From the IMG/VR virus record IMGVR_UViG_3300024232_000069, positions 1 through 24,611 of that record: a stretch of 24,611 nucleotides of DNA; one strand, 5' to 3'. The notes beneath the pieces are model-generated. The model ran no database searches, had not been told where the DNA came from, and saw only the letters and a list, made by a program, of their open reading frames with translations. This DNA is from a virus. Lineage: Duplodnaviria > Caudoviricetes. Positions 7,636 to 15,609 of the stretch are shown here, piece by piece. How positions within the stretch are numbered: position 1 is the stretch's first letter; every line of letters starts with the position of its first letter. The position numbers and the translations under genes were made by a program.

Positions 7636-7651
7636 GTTAAACCAAAGTTAA
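7636..7651. promoter_or_regulatory. Consensus CtrA box TTAA-N7-TTAAC
   Basis: GTTAAACCAAAGTTAA; the reverse strand reads TTAA-CTTTGGT-TTAAC. Sits in the short intergenic gap immediately before the capsid RBS. Confidence 0.45.
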
Positions 7652-7666
7652 AAAGGACTGAAACAG

Positions 7667-8809
7667 ATGCCTGATGGTGGCCTGCATATTACCGGTAACG
7701 GGCGCTTCGTCGGCCGTCATCGGACGCGTGACAACTTCATGACGTTTGACAGCGCGACATCTTTCACGAGGGACAATGGCATCCCTGTGCACGCTGGGCA
7801 GCGCTTCGGACAATCCTATCGCACCCATGATGGACGCACCGTTGACTCAACCGGCGCGTTCTTGATTGGCGAACTCGAGCGGATGGACCAAGAGCTTCAC
7901 ATGCCCTTGGCGGAAGTTTCATATCTGCGTGATATCGAACTTCGTGAAGATGTGACAATCGCTGACGATGTCACGAGTTTTGCATTGTCTAACTTTGCAA
8001 GCTCCGGCGGTCTCGGTACCGGCGCTGGCATCGGCAATGGCAAGTCCTGGATCGGGCGAAACACAACCCAGATCCCTGGCATCAATCTCGATATCGCAAA
8101 GATCCCACATCCCTTGCGCCCGTGGGGCGAAGAGGTTAAGTGGACAATCTTTGAACTCGAGTCGGCGGCTAAGCTCGGGCGTCCCGTTGACGATCAGAAG
8201 CACGAGGGGTTGAAGCTCAAACATCAGATGGATGTGGACGAACAAGTTTACATCGGTGACCCGGGGTTTGGCGATCAAGGCTTGCTGAACCAATCGAGCG
8301 TTACGGTTACCAATTTGCCAAACGGTGCTGGTAGCTCGCCGAAGTGGGCTTTGAAAACTCCGGACGAGATCCTCGCGGATTTCAATGCTGCGCTGACAAC
8401 CGTCTGGGCTGCATCGGCGTGGGCGGTTATCCCCACGAAAGCTCTGATCCCACCAGCCCAATTTGGCTTCCTGTCGACGGCTAAGGTGAGCAATGCGGGT
8501 AACATCTCCGTGTTGAAATATATCGAGGAGAACAATATCCTGACAGCAGCTGGCAGGGGCAAGCTCGATATTCAGCCTTTGAAATGGTCGATCGGCGCGG
8601 GCGCCGGCGGCACGATTGGCACAACTGGCACCGTTGATCGCATGATGGTTTATACAAACGAGAAGAAGCGCGTGCGGTTCCCGATGACGCTTCTGCAGCG
8701 GACGCCAATTCAATACGATGCGATCTGGCATAAAACAACCTACTTCGGTCGGATCGGCGTTGTTGAATATGTGTACCCTGAAACGGCGGGGTATTTTGAC
8801 GGGCTTTGA
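7667..8809 (+). CDS. Major capsid protein (DUF2184 family, HK97 fold)
   Basis: TVDSTGAFLIGELERMDQ, FELESAAKLGRPVDDQK, MDVDEQVYIGD, DRMMVY, VRFPM, C-terminal VEYVYPETAGYFDGL. Confidence 0.93.
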   Translation: MPDGGLHITGNGRFVGRHRTRDNFMTFDSATSFTRDNGIPVHAGQRFGQSYRTHDGRTVDSTGAFLIGELERMDQELHMPLAEVSYLRDIELREDVTIADDVTSFALSNFASSGGLGTGAGIGNGKSWIGRNTTQIPGINLDIAKIPHPLRPWGEEVKWTIFELESAAKLGRPVDDQKHEGLKLKHQMDVDEQVYIGDPGFGDQGLLNQSSVTVTNLPNGAGSSPKWALKTPDEILADFNAALTTVWAASAWAVIPTKALIPPAQFGFLSTAKVSNAGNISVLKYIEENNILTAAGRGKLDIQPLKWSIGAGAGGTIGTTGTVDRMMVYTNEKKRVRFPMTLLQRTPIQYDAIWHKTTYFGRIGVVEYVYPETAGYFDGL

Positions 8810-8824
8810 TGCCTGCTAGATTAC

Positions 8825-8859
8825 AGCGATCGGCTCGCTTATGATCGGGGCCGATCGCT
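8825..8859 (+). terminator. Stem-loop after the major capsid gene
   Basis: AGCGATCGGC...GCCGATCGCT, a 10-bp perfect stem. No strong U-tract, so it may be a 3' stabiliser or partial terminator. Confidence 0.5.
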
Positions 8860-8880
8860 TGCACAAATGGAGATAATAGC

Positions 8881-9273
8881 ATGGCCCGCCGCCCAATCGA
8901 TCCCCCTGACAGAGAGTCTACGGATATGGCAGAGCACGAGCGTGAGCACGTAACGCTTCAAGAGGGCGCTACAGAGCCTGAGACGGTCCAGGAGCCGTTT
9001 ATCGATCCGGCCAACCAACCAGCATCTGTGCAGCTACGAACAAGCCCTGAGCCGCTTGTGGGACCTGGGCATGAGCCCGGCGCTCCGCTGCCGCCCTTGT
9101 CCGCGAAGACATCTCCCGATGAAGCAACCGTGCGCATGCGATTCCCGCATCCTGTTTTGTTAACCGACGATAACCACGTGCGGATCCTCTTCCCTGAAGG
9201 GCTGGTTGATGTGCCGGTGCACCTCGCCGATCATTGGTACCTCGGGGCGCATGGAGCGGTTAAGGAAACCTGA
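8881..9273 (+). CDS. Phage head-associated protein (STY1053-like C-terminal domain)
   Basis: GGAG RBS; disordered Pro/Glu-rich N-terminus, then LLTDD..FPEG..VP..LADHWYLGAH; usual position after the capsid gene. Confidence 0.7.
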   Translation: MARRPIDPPDRESTDMAEHEREHVTLQEGATEPETVQEPFIDPANQPASVQLRTSPEPLVGPGHEPGAPLPPLSAKTSPDEATVRMRFPHPVLLTDDNHVRILFPEGLVDVPVHLADHWYLGAHGAVKET

Positions 9274-9276
9274 GCC

Positions 9277-9831
9277 ATGAGTGCGACCTCCGCGACGTTC
9301 AGGGCGACGTTTCCGGAATTCAGCGATACGGTTAAGTATCCAAACGCGACCATTAACTTCTATCTACAGTTGGCTTACCTTGTGATGCCGCCCGCTCGCT
9401 GGGGCACCTTGCTCGATTATGGTGCGCAGCTATATGCAGCGCACAACATAGCCATCGAGGCTAAGGCGCAGCAAGAGGCGGCGGCGGGCGGCATCCCTGG
9501 TTCAACAACAGGACCAACAACCTCGCGTTCAGCGGGGCCAGTTAGCTATTCAACCGATGTTTCAGTCGCTGCGGAGCAAGGGGCTGGCTACTGGAACCTG
9601 ACAACTTATGGCATGCGGATCTACCGTTTAATTAAACTTGTTGGTATCGGCGGCATTCAACTTGGCGTGCCTTATGGCTATCCGTACGGGGGATGGTTTA
9701 CCGTGCCGACGCAGGTGCAGATTCAAGATGTTGTTTCATTTCTGAACACGCCCGTACTTGATGCAGCCGAAGGACAAACAATCCCGCCGGCCCCTGGAAC
9801 AGCTGACGGACAGCTACTCGAGGAGTGTTAA
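9277..9831 (+). CDS. Head-tail adaptor (DUF4054 family) with C-terminal extension
   Basis: FRATFPEFSD..YP, LYAAHNI, VSYS, YWNLTTYG, GIGGIQL. Confidence 0.87.
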   Translation: MSATSATFRATFPEFSDTVKYPNATINFYLQLAYLVMPPARWGTLLDYGAQLYAAHNIAIEAKAQQEAAAGGIPGSTTGPTTSRSAGPVSYSTDVSVAAEQGAGYWNLTTYGMRIYRLIKLVGIGGIQLGVPYGYPYGGWFTVPTQVQIQDVVSFLNTPVLDAAEGQTIPPAPGTADGQLLEEC

Positions 9832-9832
9832 G

Positions 9833-10408
9833 ATGTCAGGCTCAAATGTTTTAACAACGATTGAACTTCAAGTTGATTCTAATGGCAATCGCCGCAAGTT
9901 TTATGCGACGTGGGATGGCAATGCTTATGCGCTTTGCCAGGTACCCTTTGTTAACGGATTTCCTGTTACTAGTGCGATGCCTAATCCCGTTTCAGATCGG
10001 GCGCTTGGGCTCCCCGACGACATCGTTTGGCCGGGTACGGGTGATGGTAATGTTATCGGCATCTTAAAAGCGATCCAAGCTGCGATCGCCGATATTCAAG
10101 TGAGCACAGTTGTTCCCCCGATGACCTACCATGGTCCTTATTCTGGCTCGGTACAAACAGCTTCCGGGCTCTTGATCCCGCACGGTGCGTATTCAAGATC
10201 GCTCGTTATTCAAACTTTCCCTAACAGTTTAACCAACGTCTGGTTAAACCCAGGTGGGGGGCAAGCCTTCCCTAACCAGGGTATCATGGTGCAGGCTGCT
10301 GGCGGCTCTGTTTCCTTTGGCTCGGCGCAATTCCCCATTCCGACCAATGATATCATGGCGATTACCGATGGTGCTGGTCCACAGAACGTGCTAATTGTGG
10401 GAGGTTAA
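9833..10408 (+). CDS. Putative fibre / spike base structural protein
   Basis: GAGGAG RBS, ATG9833, 191 aa; G.P.D..W.G.GDG.VI.ILKAI segment and a C-terminal small beta-sandwich; no signal peptide. Confidence 0.65.
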   Translation: MSGSNVLTTIELQVDSNGNRRKFYATWDGNAYALCQVPFVNGFPVTSAMPNPVSDRALGLPDDIVWPGTGDGNVIGILKAIQAAIADIQVSTVVPPMTYHGPYSGSVQTASGLLIPHGAYSRSLVIQTFPNSLTNVWLNPGGGQAFPNQGIMVQAAGGSVSFGSAQFPIPTNDIMAITDGAGPQNVLIVGG

Positions 10409-10412
10409 AACA

Positions 10413-11894
10413 ATGCGGCGCTTGCTCGCGGCGACATCCGCCCTAACTTTGCTTTCAACCATCGCGTTCGCGCAACCAGCTCCGCCCCGCCCGCAGCCAC
10501 CGCAAGTGCTCTGGGGGCAAGCGGGTAATTGGAGCGCTACGCAGATATTCAACTCGACCTCTGGTGGTAACTTTAATTACCCAAATGTTGGCATGGGTAC
10601 TGCTTCAAATCCTGTTATGGTTTATGATCCAACGGGCGAGGTTTATATTAATTCAGTCTTTTCGAAGGTGCAACTGACAACGGGCGACAACAACAAAGAG
10701 ATGCTTGCCTTTATCTCGCAATTCTACATTGACCCCACGATCTACAATTATGGTCAGAACTCCCATAACTCAGCGGGCTACTTTTTCGCGCACGGAGCTA
10801 ACAAACTAGCGCTCGCGAACTGTACACAAGGTGTTAATTGTCCGGGCTCGATATATGCGATAACAGGGTTGGTCGCTGGTGCTTCAAACGATGGCACTGG
10901 TCCGGCGCGTAATGCTTATACCTTTGTGATCCATGCGCCTGATGTCCCGCCAACTGGTGGGTCGCTCGATTACTGGACGGGTATAGTTTTTCAAACGCCG
11001 CTCGGCGGTAAGGAAGCCTCTGCTTTCGCTGGAATCACGACGGCTAACGACGTGCCGAATGGTTTTGGCACCATTAACCCAATGGCGAATGTGCACGCGC
11101 GCGTTATCAATAGCACCGGTACCGCGACGGCGACCATCAATGGCAACGTTCTGACGTTAATGAGTAGACCAACGAACCCTTATGGCATCACACCGGCTTG
11201 CGATGTAAGCGGGGCGGGGGTTTCAGCGGGCAGCAAAGTTTATGGCTCGCAGCCATCCGATGGTTCCTATCCGATGTTGAACGTCACGCCCTCGCAGACC
11301 CTCGCGACGCCAACCTTGCTAACTTTCAATTGTAACCCATATCCCCTGATTATTCAGAGCTTTTATAACGCGGACCTTAACTTTATCTCGCAGAGCGGGG
11401 GCAACGTTCCGAATGCCACGATCTCCGCCCGCTTCGATGCTAACTCCTCGCACTTGCACTTCTTGTTAGGTGGTACAACAAGCGTTGTCATGGGCAAGAA
11501 TACTAGCGGGGGGCGCATCGGTATTGGCAATCTGGATACTTATCCGAACTTCACAGTTGATGCGGGAGGCGTTGTCGCTGCTTGGGGACCGGTTAGTCAG
11601 GGTCCGCGTTTCACGACCGATGGCGGGTGCGCTGAGGGATCGCGCGCTGGTGGTGCCTCGGCTGGCCGATTTGTCGTCGCTGCGTCAGCGCAATGTTCGG
11701 TTGTCGTAACCATGGCGGGCGGCGCGGCGCAGAACGCAGCGATTACGGAATGGGGCCATTGTGGTATAAATAACCGCACGCACCCCGGCGCGGCGAATGC
11801 CTTTGCGCTCACAGCAGCTACCGCGACAACCGCGACGTTCTCTGGAGTTCCTGTTAGTGGAGATACACTTGACTTTGCATGTACCGGCTTCTAA
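10413..11894 (+). CDS. Fibre/adhesin-like protein with Sec signal peptide
   Basis: GGAGG RBS, ATG10413; MRRLLAATSALTLLSTIAFA|Q; beta-rich in G/N/T/A; fibre-like GRIGIGN..PNFTVDAGG; 8 Cys in the mature part. Confidence 0.75.
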   Translation: MRRLLAATSALTLLSTIAFAQPAPPRPQPPQVLWGQAGNWSATQIFNSTSGGNFNYPNVGMGTASNPVMVYDPTGEVYINSVFSKVQLTTGDNNKEMLAFISQFYIDPTIYNYGQNSHNSAGYFFAHGANKLALANCTQGVNCPGSIYAITGLVAGASNDGTGPARNAYTFVIHAPDVPPTGGSLDYWTGIVFQTPLGGKEASAFAGITTANDVPNGFGTINPMANVHARVINSTGTATATINGNVLTLMSRPTNPYGITPACDVSGAGVSAGSKVYGSQPSDGSYPMLNVTPSQTLATPTLLTFNCNPYPLIIQSFYNADLNFISQSGGNVPNATISARFDANSSHLHFLLGGTTSVVMGKNTSGGRIGIGNLDTYPNFTVDAGGVVAAWGPVSQGPRFTTDGGCAEGSRAGGASAGRFVVAASAQCSVVVTMAGGAAQNAAITEWGHCGINNRTHPGAANAFALTAATATTATFSGVPVSGDTLDFACTGF

Positions 11895-12261
11895 AGCCCT
11901 TGCGTTATTGTTGCTTTTTACTCCCTGCACCGCGCGAGCGCAGCAACAGCAACCAGCACCATCTCAACAGCCGCCTCCGATCCCCGCGGCGATTCAAGCT
12001 TTGATCGATCTCCGCAAGGAAGCGGAGGACCGCGCCGCTTTTGCGATGCAGCGCGTTTACGTGCTACAGGAGCAAGTGAACAATATCACCAAAACGCCGA
12101 CTAAAGAAGTCGAAGAATTGAAACAGAATGTTAAGACCTTGGAGCGGGAAATCGAAAGTCTGAAGGCGGAGCGGATAGTTGAATCGAAGAACCTCGACGA
12201 TGCGCACGACATCATAACAAAGGGTTCGAATTGCCCCCAACCCTCGCAACCCAAGCCGTAG
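11869..12261 (+). CDS. Exported coiled-coil protein (start uncertain)
   Basis: GGAG 6 nt before TTG11869 (alternative TTG11875); KALALLLLFTPCTARA|QQQQP followed by a heptad-like helix. Confidence 0.65.
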   Translation: MTLHVPASKALALLLLFTPCTARAQQQQPAPSQQPPPIPAAIQALIDLRKEAEDRAAFAMQRVYVLQEQVNNITKTPTKEVEELKQNVKTLEREIESLKAERIVESKNLDDAHDIITKGSNCPQPSQPKP

Positions 12262-12273
12262 GAGTAGCGTTTC

Positions 12274-12528
12274 ATGAAATGGGTTCTAGCGTTAGGTCTC
12301 GCGCTCAGCGCTTCCCCGTGCTACGCGCAGACAGCATCGTGCTGGGATGGCAAGGCGAGGGCGGTTGTCGCTTGTTCCGATAGCCAAAAGGTCACCGTTA
12401 CCGATACTGTCGCCTATCTCGAGAAGCGCTTCAGGGAGATGGAGCAAGAGCTTATCAGCAAGACCACCGAGTTGAAAGCCGAGACCGCGAACGCGGACCT
12501 CGCGCGTGCGGCTTGCGCTAGCAAATAG
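12274..12528 (+). CDS. Small exported coiled-coil protein
   Basis: AGGAG RBS; MKWVLALGLALSASPCYA|Q; C-x10-C pair then a helical region. Confidence 0.75.
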   Translation: MKWVLALGLALSASPCYAQTASCWDGKARAVVACSDSQKVTVTDTVAYLEKRFREMEQELISKTTELKAETANADLARAACASK

Positions 12529-12542
12529 GGAGAGGTCCAGAC

Positions 12543-13994
12543 ATGCGGATTACTAACGCTCTGACGGGGCTAGCAGCGCTGTTGGTCGCCAGCCTGAGCT
12601 ATGCGCAAGCCCCGCCCTCTCCCCCGGCTGCTAGTACCGTCTGCGCGAATACGACGTTAGCTGTTACAGGATCGTCGGCACGCGTCGCGCTGCCGAGCAC
12701 GACAGCGACTTGCAAAGTTGTCACGCTCGTTAATGATGGTACGAGCGAGGTGTTTGTTAAGTTCGGCGATAATACTGTTACAGCGACAACAAACGATATC
12801 CCGATACCGGCTGGTGCCTCGCCCGCTATCTGGACAGCTGGCACATATGTCGCTGCGATCTCAGCGGGGGGCAGCAGCAACCTACGCGTTATACAAGGCA
12901 ATGGTCCGCTCGCGTTCAGAGGCGGTAGTGGCGGTTCAACAGCAGCCGCGATCACTCCGCTGTTTGGCATGGGTTATGATTCAGATTCGGTATGCTCTAG
13001 TACCGTGACGCTCGGTCGTGACATGCACTACCGCAATCTCACCCTCGCAGCTGGATGCAAACTTAACACGGCGAGCTTTCGCATCTTTGTTCAACAGGTG
13101 CTCGATATTTCAAACGCGCCCGTAGGTGCGATCACAAATTGGCAAAACGGTAATAACGCTTCAGGGGCGACAGGTGGTGCCAATACAGGCGCACAAACAG
13201 CACCGCTTCCTGTTTGGGGCCAACCAAACACGGGCGGAACTGGTACGGCGACAGTTGGCGGCAATGGTTCAACAATCGCGGCTGCATCGCTTGGTAATGG
13301 CGGTTCAAGCGGGATACCCGCTACAGGCGGGACATGCTCTAGCGCAGCCGGAACAGTGACAGCGACGCCTGTTGGTGGTACCAACCCTGGTGCAGCGCCG
13401 ATAGGTTTTAACACGATCAATTTAACTTATACCTATTTCATGGGGACCAACGCTAACGTGCAGCCGGTTTGGTTCGGCTTCGCTGGTAATGGCGGTTCAG
13501 CGGGCGGGGGAGACGGAACCGGCGCGGGCGGTGGCGGCGGTAGCGGTGGTCGGCCGACGATGGGCACAGCGATCTACGCTAACGTCATTAACCGCGGGAC
13601 AAATACTAACCAAGGGATTATCTCGGCTCGAGGCGGGGATGGTGGCAAGGGCGGGGATGCTGTTGGCGCTAATGCGTGCGGCGGCGGCGGTGGTGCGGCT
13701 GCGGGCGGCGGATTTGTTTATATAGTTGTTGGCTCATTAGCGGGCTCGCAGATAGTTAACGCGATTGACGTTTCAGGCGGCAAGGGCGGGGATGGCGGCA
13801 ATGGTCTTGGCACAGGGAAAGGCGGCAATGGTGGAGGCGGAGGTCGCACGGGCAATGTGCAGATACTCTTACTCGATCCGCCAGCCCTGCAACCCTCGAG
13901 TTCGTTTAACGTAGCTGGCACAGCGGGCGGGACAACAGCGACGGCAACAGGCGCGACGGGGGGAGCCGGCGCGAGCTTGTTTGTTAACCTGTGA
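12543..13994 (+). CDS. Glycine-rich fibre/spike-like protein with Sec signal peptide
   Basis: GGAGAGG RBS; MRITNALTGLAALLVASLSYA|Q; N-terminal beta-sandwich of about 95 aa, then a Gly-rich (GGxGGxGG) domain; 6 Cys in the mature part. Confidence 0.78.
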   Translation: MRITNALTGLAALLVASLSYAQAPPSPPAASTVCANTTLAVTGSSARVALPSTTATCKVVTLVNDGTSEVFVKFGDNTVTATTNDIPIPAGASPAIWTAGTYVAAISAGGSSNLRVIQGNGPLAFRGGSGGSTAAAITPLFGMGYDSDSVCSSTVTLGRDMHYRNLTLAAGCKLNTASFRIFVQQVLDISNAPVGAITNWQNGNNASGATGGANTGAQTAPLPVWGQPNTGGTGTATVGGNGSTIAAASLGNGGSSGIPATGGTCSSAAGTVTATPVGGTNPGAAPIGFNTINLTYTYFMGTNANVQPVWFGFAGNGGSAGGGDGTGAGGGGGSGGRPTMGTAIYANVINRGTNTNQGIISARGGDGGKGGDAVGANACGGGGGAAAGGGFVYIVVGSLAGSQIVNAIDVSGGKGGDGGNGLGTGKGGNGGGGGRTGNVQILLLDPPALQPSSSFNVAGTAGGTTATATGATGGAGASLFVNL

Positions 13995-14581
13995 GTAAAT
14001 CCTTCGTCCGTATTGAAAAAGATAATGTACCAGATTTAGCCAAGATCCTCGCTGACCTGGCGGATGTGATGGTGCTTGTTGGCATCCCGCAAGAGAACAC
14101 GCGCCGTCCTGGCGAACCCATCACAAATGCCGAGATTGGCTTCATCCATAACTTTGGCGCGCCGGAGGCGAACATCCCGCAGCGTGAGTTCATGGCGCCA
14201 GGAATACATGTGGTTCTCCCGCAGATCACAGACGGGCTGCGCACAGCTGCGCTCGCCGCCCTTGATGGTAATAAGTCTAACATGGAAGGCGCTCTGCACG
14301 CTGTTGGCATCGTCGCAGCGACATCGATCAAGAAAACAATCATCGCTGATATTCCCCCGCCGCTCGCGCCAGCAACAGTCGCGGCGCGCATCGCACGTCG
14401 AAAGTCTCCATCTTGGCGCGCCAAACGGAGGAAGCTTGTCGCGGCGAATGTGGCGGCGAATAAACCGCCCGGGGCTGGGATCTTCACAGCCTTGATCGAT
14501 ACCGCATCGCTTCTCAATTCGATAACGTATGTGATCGAGCGCGTACGCTCTGGTATCAGTACGGTAGCCAGGATGCCTTAA
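13991..14581 (+). CDS. Neck / virion morphogenesis protein
   Basis: GTGA overlap; VLVGIP, NAEIGFIHNFGAPEANIPQREF, PPLAPATV, LIDTASLLNSITYV. Confidence 0.8.
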   Translation: MSKSFVRIEKDNVPDLAKILADLADVMVLVGIPQENTRRPGEPITNAEIGFIHNFGAPEANIPQREFMAPGIHVVLPQITDGLRTAALAALDGNKSNMEGALHAVGIVAATSIKKTIIADIPPPLAPATVAARIARRKSPSWRAKRRKLVAANVAANKPPGAGIFTALIDTASLLNSITYVIERVRSGISTVARMP

Positions 14582-15001
14582 ATGGTTAAACCCTTACTTG
14601 ACGTAACCGAGGTCATCCTCGATCCGATGTTCGCGGATGGATTCTCCGTGCTGCGCCGACAACAGATGGTTAACGAGCACGGCGAGCCATTTACCTTGCT
14701 AACCAAAACGTTTACTGAAACAGACGGTTGCGTTGGCGTGATCTCGCCCTCAGCCGATAACTCGATGGTGCGCGCTGACGCTTATGAAGCGATGGGCAAC
14801 TCGATCCAGGTTATCACAAAGTTTAGGTTAAGAGGCATTTCAAAAGAGCAAGGTGACCAATATCTGCCAGATACAATCCTCTGGCGGTCTTGCTATTATG
14901 TCGTTCGCACGATAAATGACTTTGTCCGCTATGGGGCTGGCTTCATGGTGGCGGATTGTTTATTAACCGACTACGTGCCCGAGGTCGATCATGGCTCTTG
15001 A
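14582..15001 (+). CDS. Head closure / head-tail joining protein
   Basis: PLLDVTEVILDPMF, PDTILW, YGAGF; synteny. Confidence 0.72.
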   Translation: MVKPLLDVTEVILDPMFADGFSVLRRQQMVNEHGEPFTLLTKTFTETDGCVGVISPSADNSMVRADAYEAMGNSIQVITKFRLRGISKEQGDQYLPDTILWRSCYYVVRTINDFVRYGAGFMVADCLLTDYVPEVDHGS

Positions 15002-15596
15002 TGCAACGTCGTTCCAAATCCCCGGCGACTCAACGCAAGGTGGCGCCATTCGTCCGCTGCCATTGGGTCCCGCGCCGTTTGAAGGACAATCGCTCAACCA
15101 GTTCTTGCAAGCATGGTTGGTTGGCATAACGGGTATCGATCCAACGCTAATCAGACCGCGCTGGCAGCCCGAACCCGCTAACATCCCCGATGCTGGGCAG
15201 TATTGGGCGGCGTTTGGCATCACAGCGCGCAAGAACGATGCGTATGTGCAAATAATCCATGATCCCGCTGCCGATGATGGGCAAGGGGCGGACATCATGA
15301 TACGCCATGAAACGCTTGAAACGCTAACGAGCTTTTATGACCTTGGCGTGAATGGGCAGGCGGATTATTACGCGAGCTTGCTAAAGGATGGACTTCAGAT
15401 AAGGCAGAACCAAGAGCTTCTCGACCTCAATGGCTTCGCGCTTATTGAAGCGGGCGAGCTTATCGTCGCGCCGGTATTGTTTAAGGAACGTTGGCAGTAT
15501 CGGGTTGATTTGGCGATCAAGCTCCGTCGCGAGATCCGCCGCCTCTACCCGATCCGCTCGGTAGCCTCGTTGAGCCAAACCATAACCACGAACTAA
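14991..15596 (+). CDS. Tail / neck terminator protein
   Basis: GITGI...RPRWQPEP, WAAFGI, RHE, SFY, DGLQIRQN, WQYRVD; directly before the sheath gene. Confidence 0.78.
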   Translation: MALDATSFQIPGDSTQGGAIRPLPLGPAPFEGQSLNQFLQAWLVGITGIDPTLIRPRWQPEPANIPDAGQYWAAFGITARKNDAYVQIIHDPAADDGQGADIMIRHETLETLTSFYDLGVNGQADYYASLLKDGLQIRQNQELLDLNGFALIEAGELIVAPVLFKERWQYRVDLAIKLRREIRRLYPIRSVASLSQTITTN

Positions 15597-15609
15597 AGGA
15601 TGCCAGTGC

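Noticed and set aside
7919-8731. 270-aa minus-strand ORF and other antisense or alternate-frame ORFs over structural genes
   Set aside because: Shadow ORFs of GC-rich coding sequence, with no RBS or recognisable motifs.
10413-11894. Autotransporter or outer-membrane barrel (signal peptide plus terminal Phe)
   Set aside because: No roughly 300-aa barrel or YadA-type anchor pattern; the C-terminus is a small Cys-containing domain.
11869-12528. Canonical Rz/Rz1 spanin pair
   Set aside because: The leader Cys residues are preceded by Pro (FTPC, ASPC), which is not a lipobox, and no lysis genes are adjacent; not fully excluded.
13480-13980. Tandem DNA repeat or CRISPR array
   Set aside because: The GGC-rich periodicity reflects glycine codons; no repeat-spacer structure was seen anywhere in the window.
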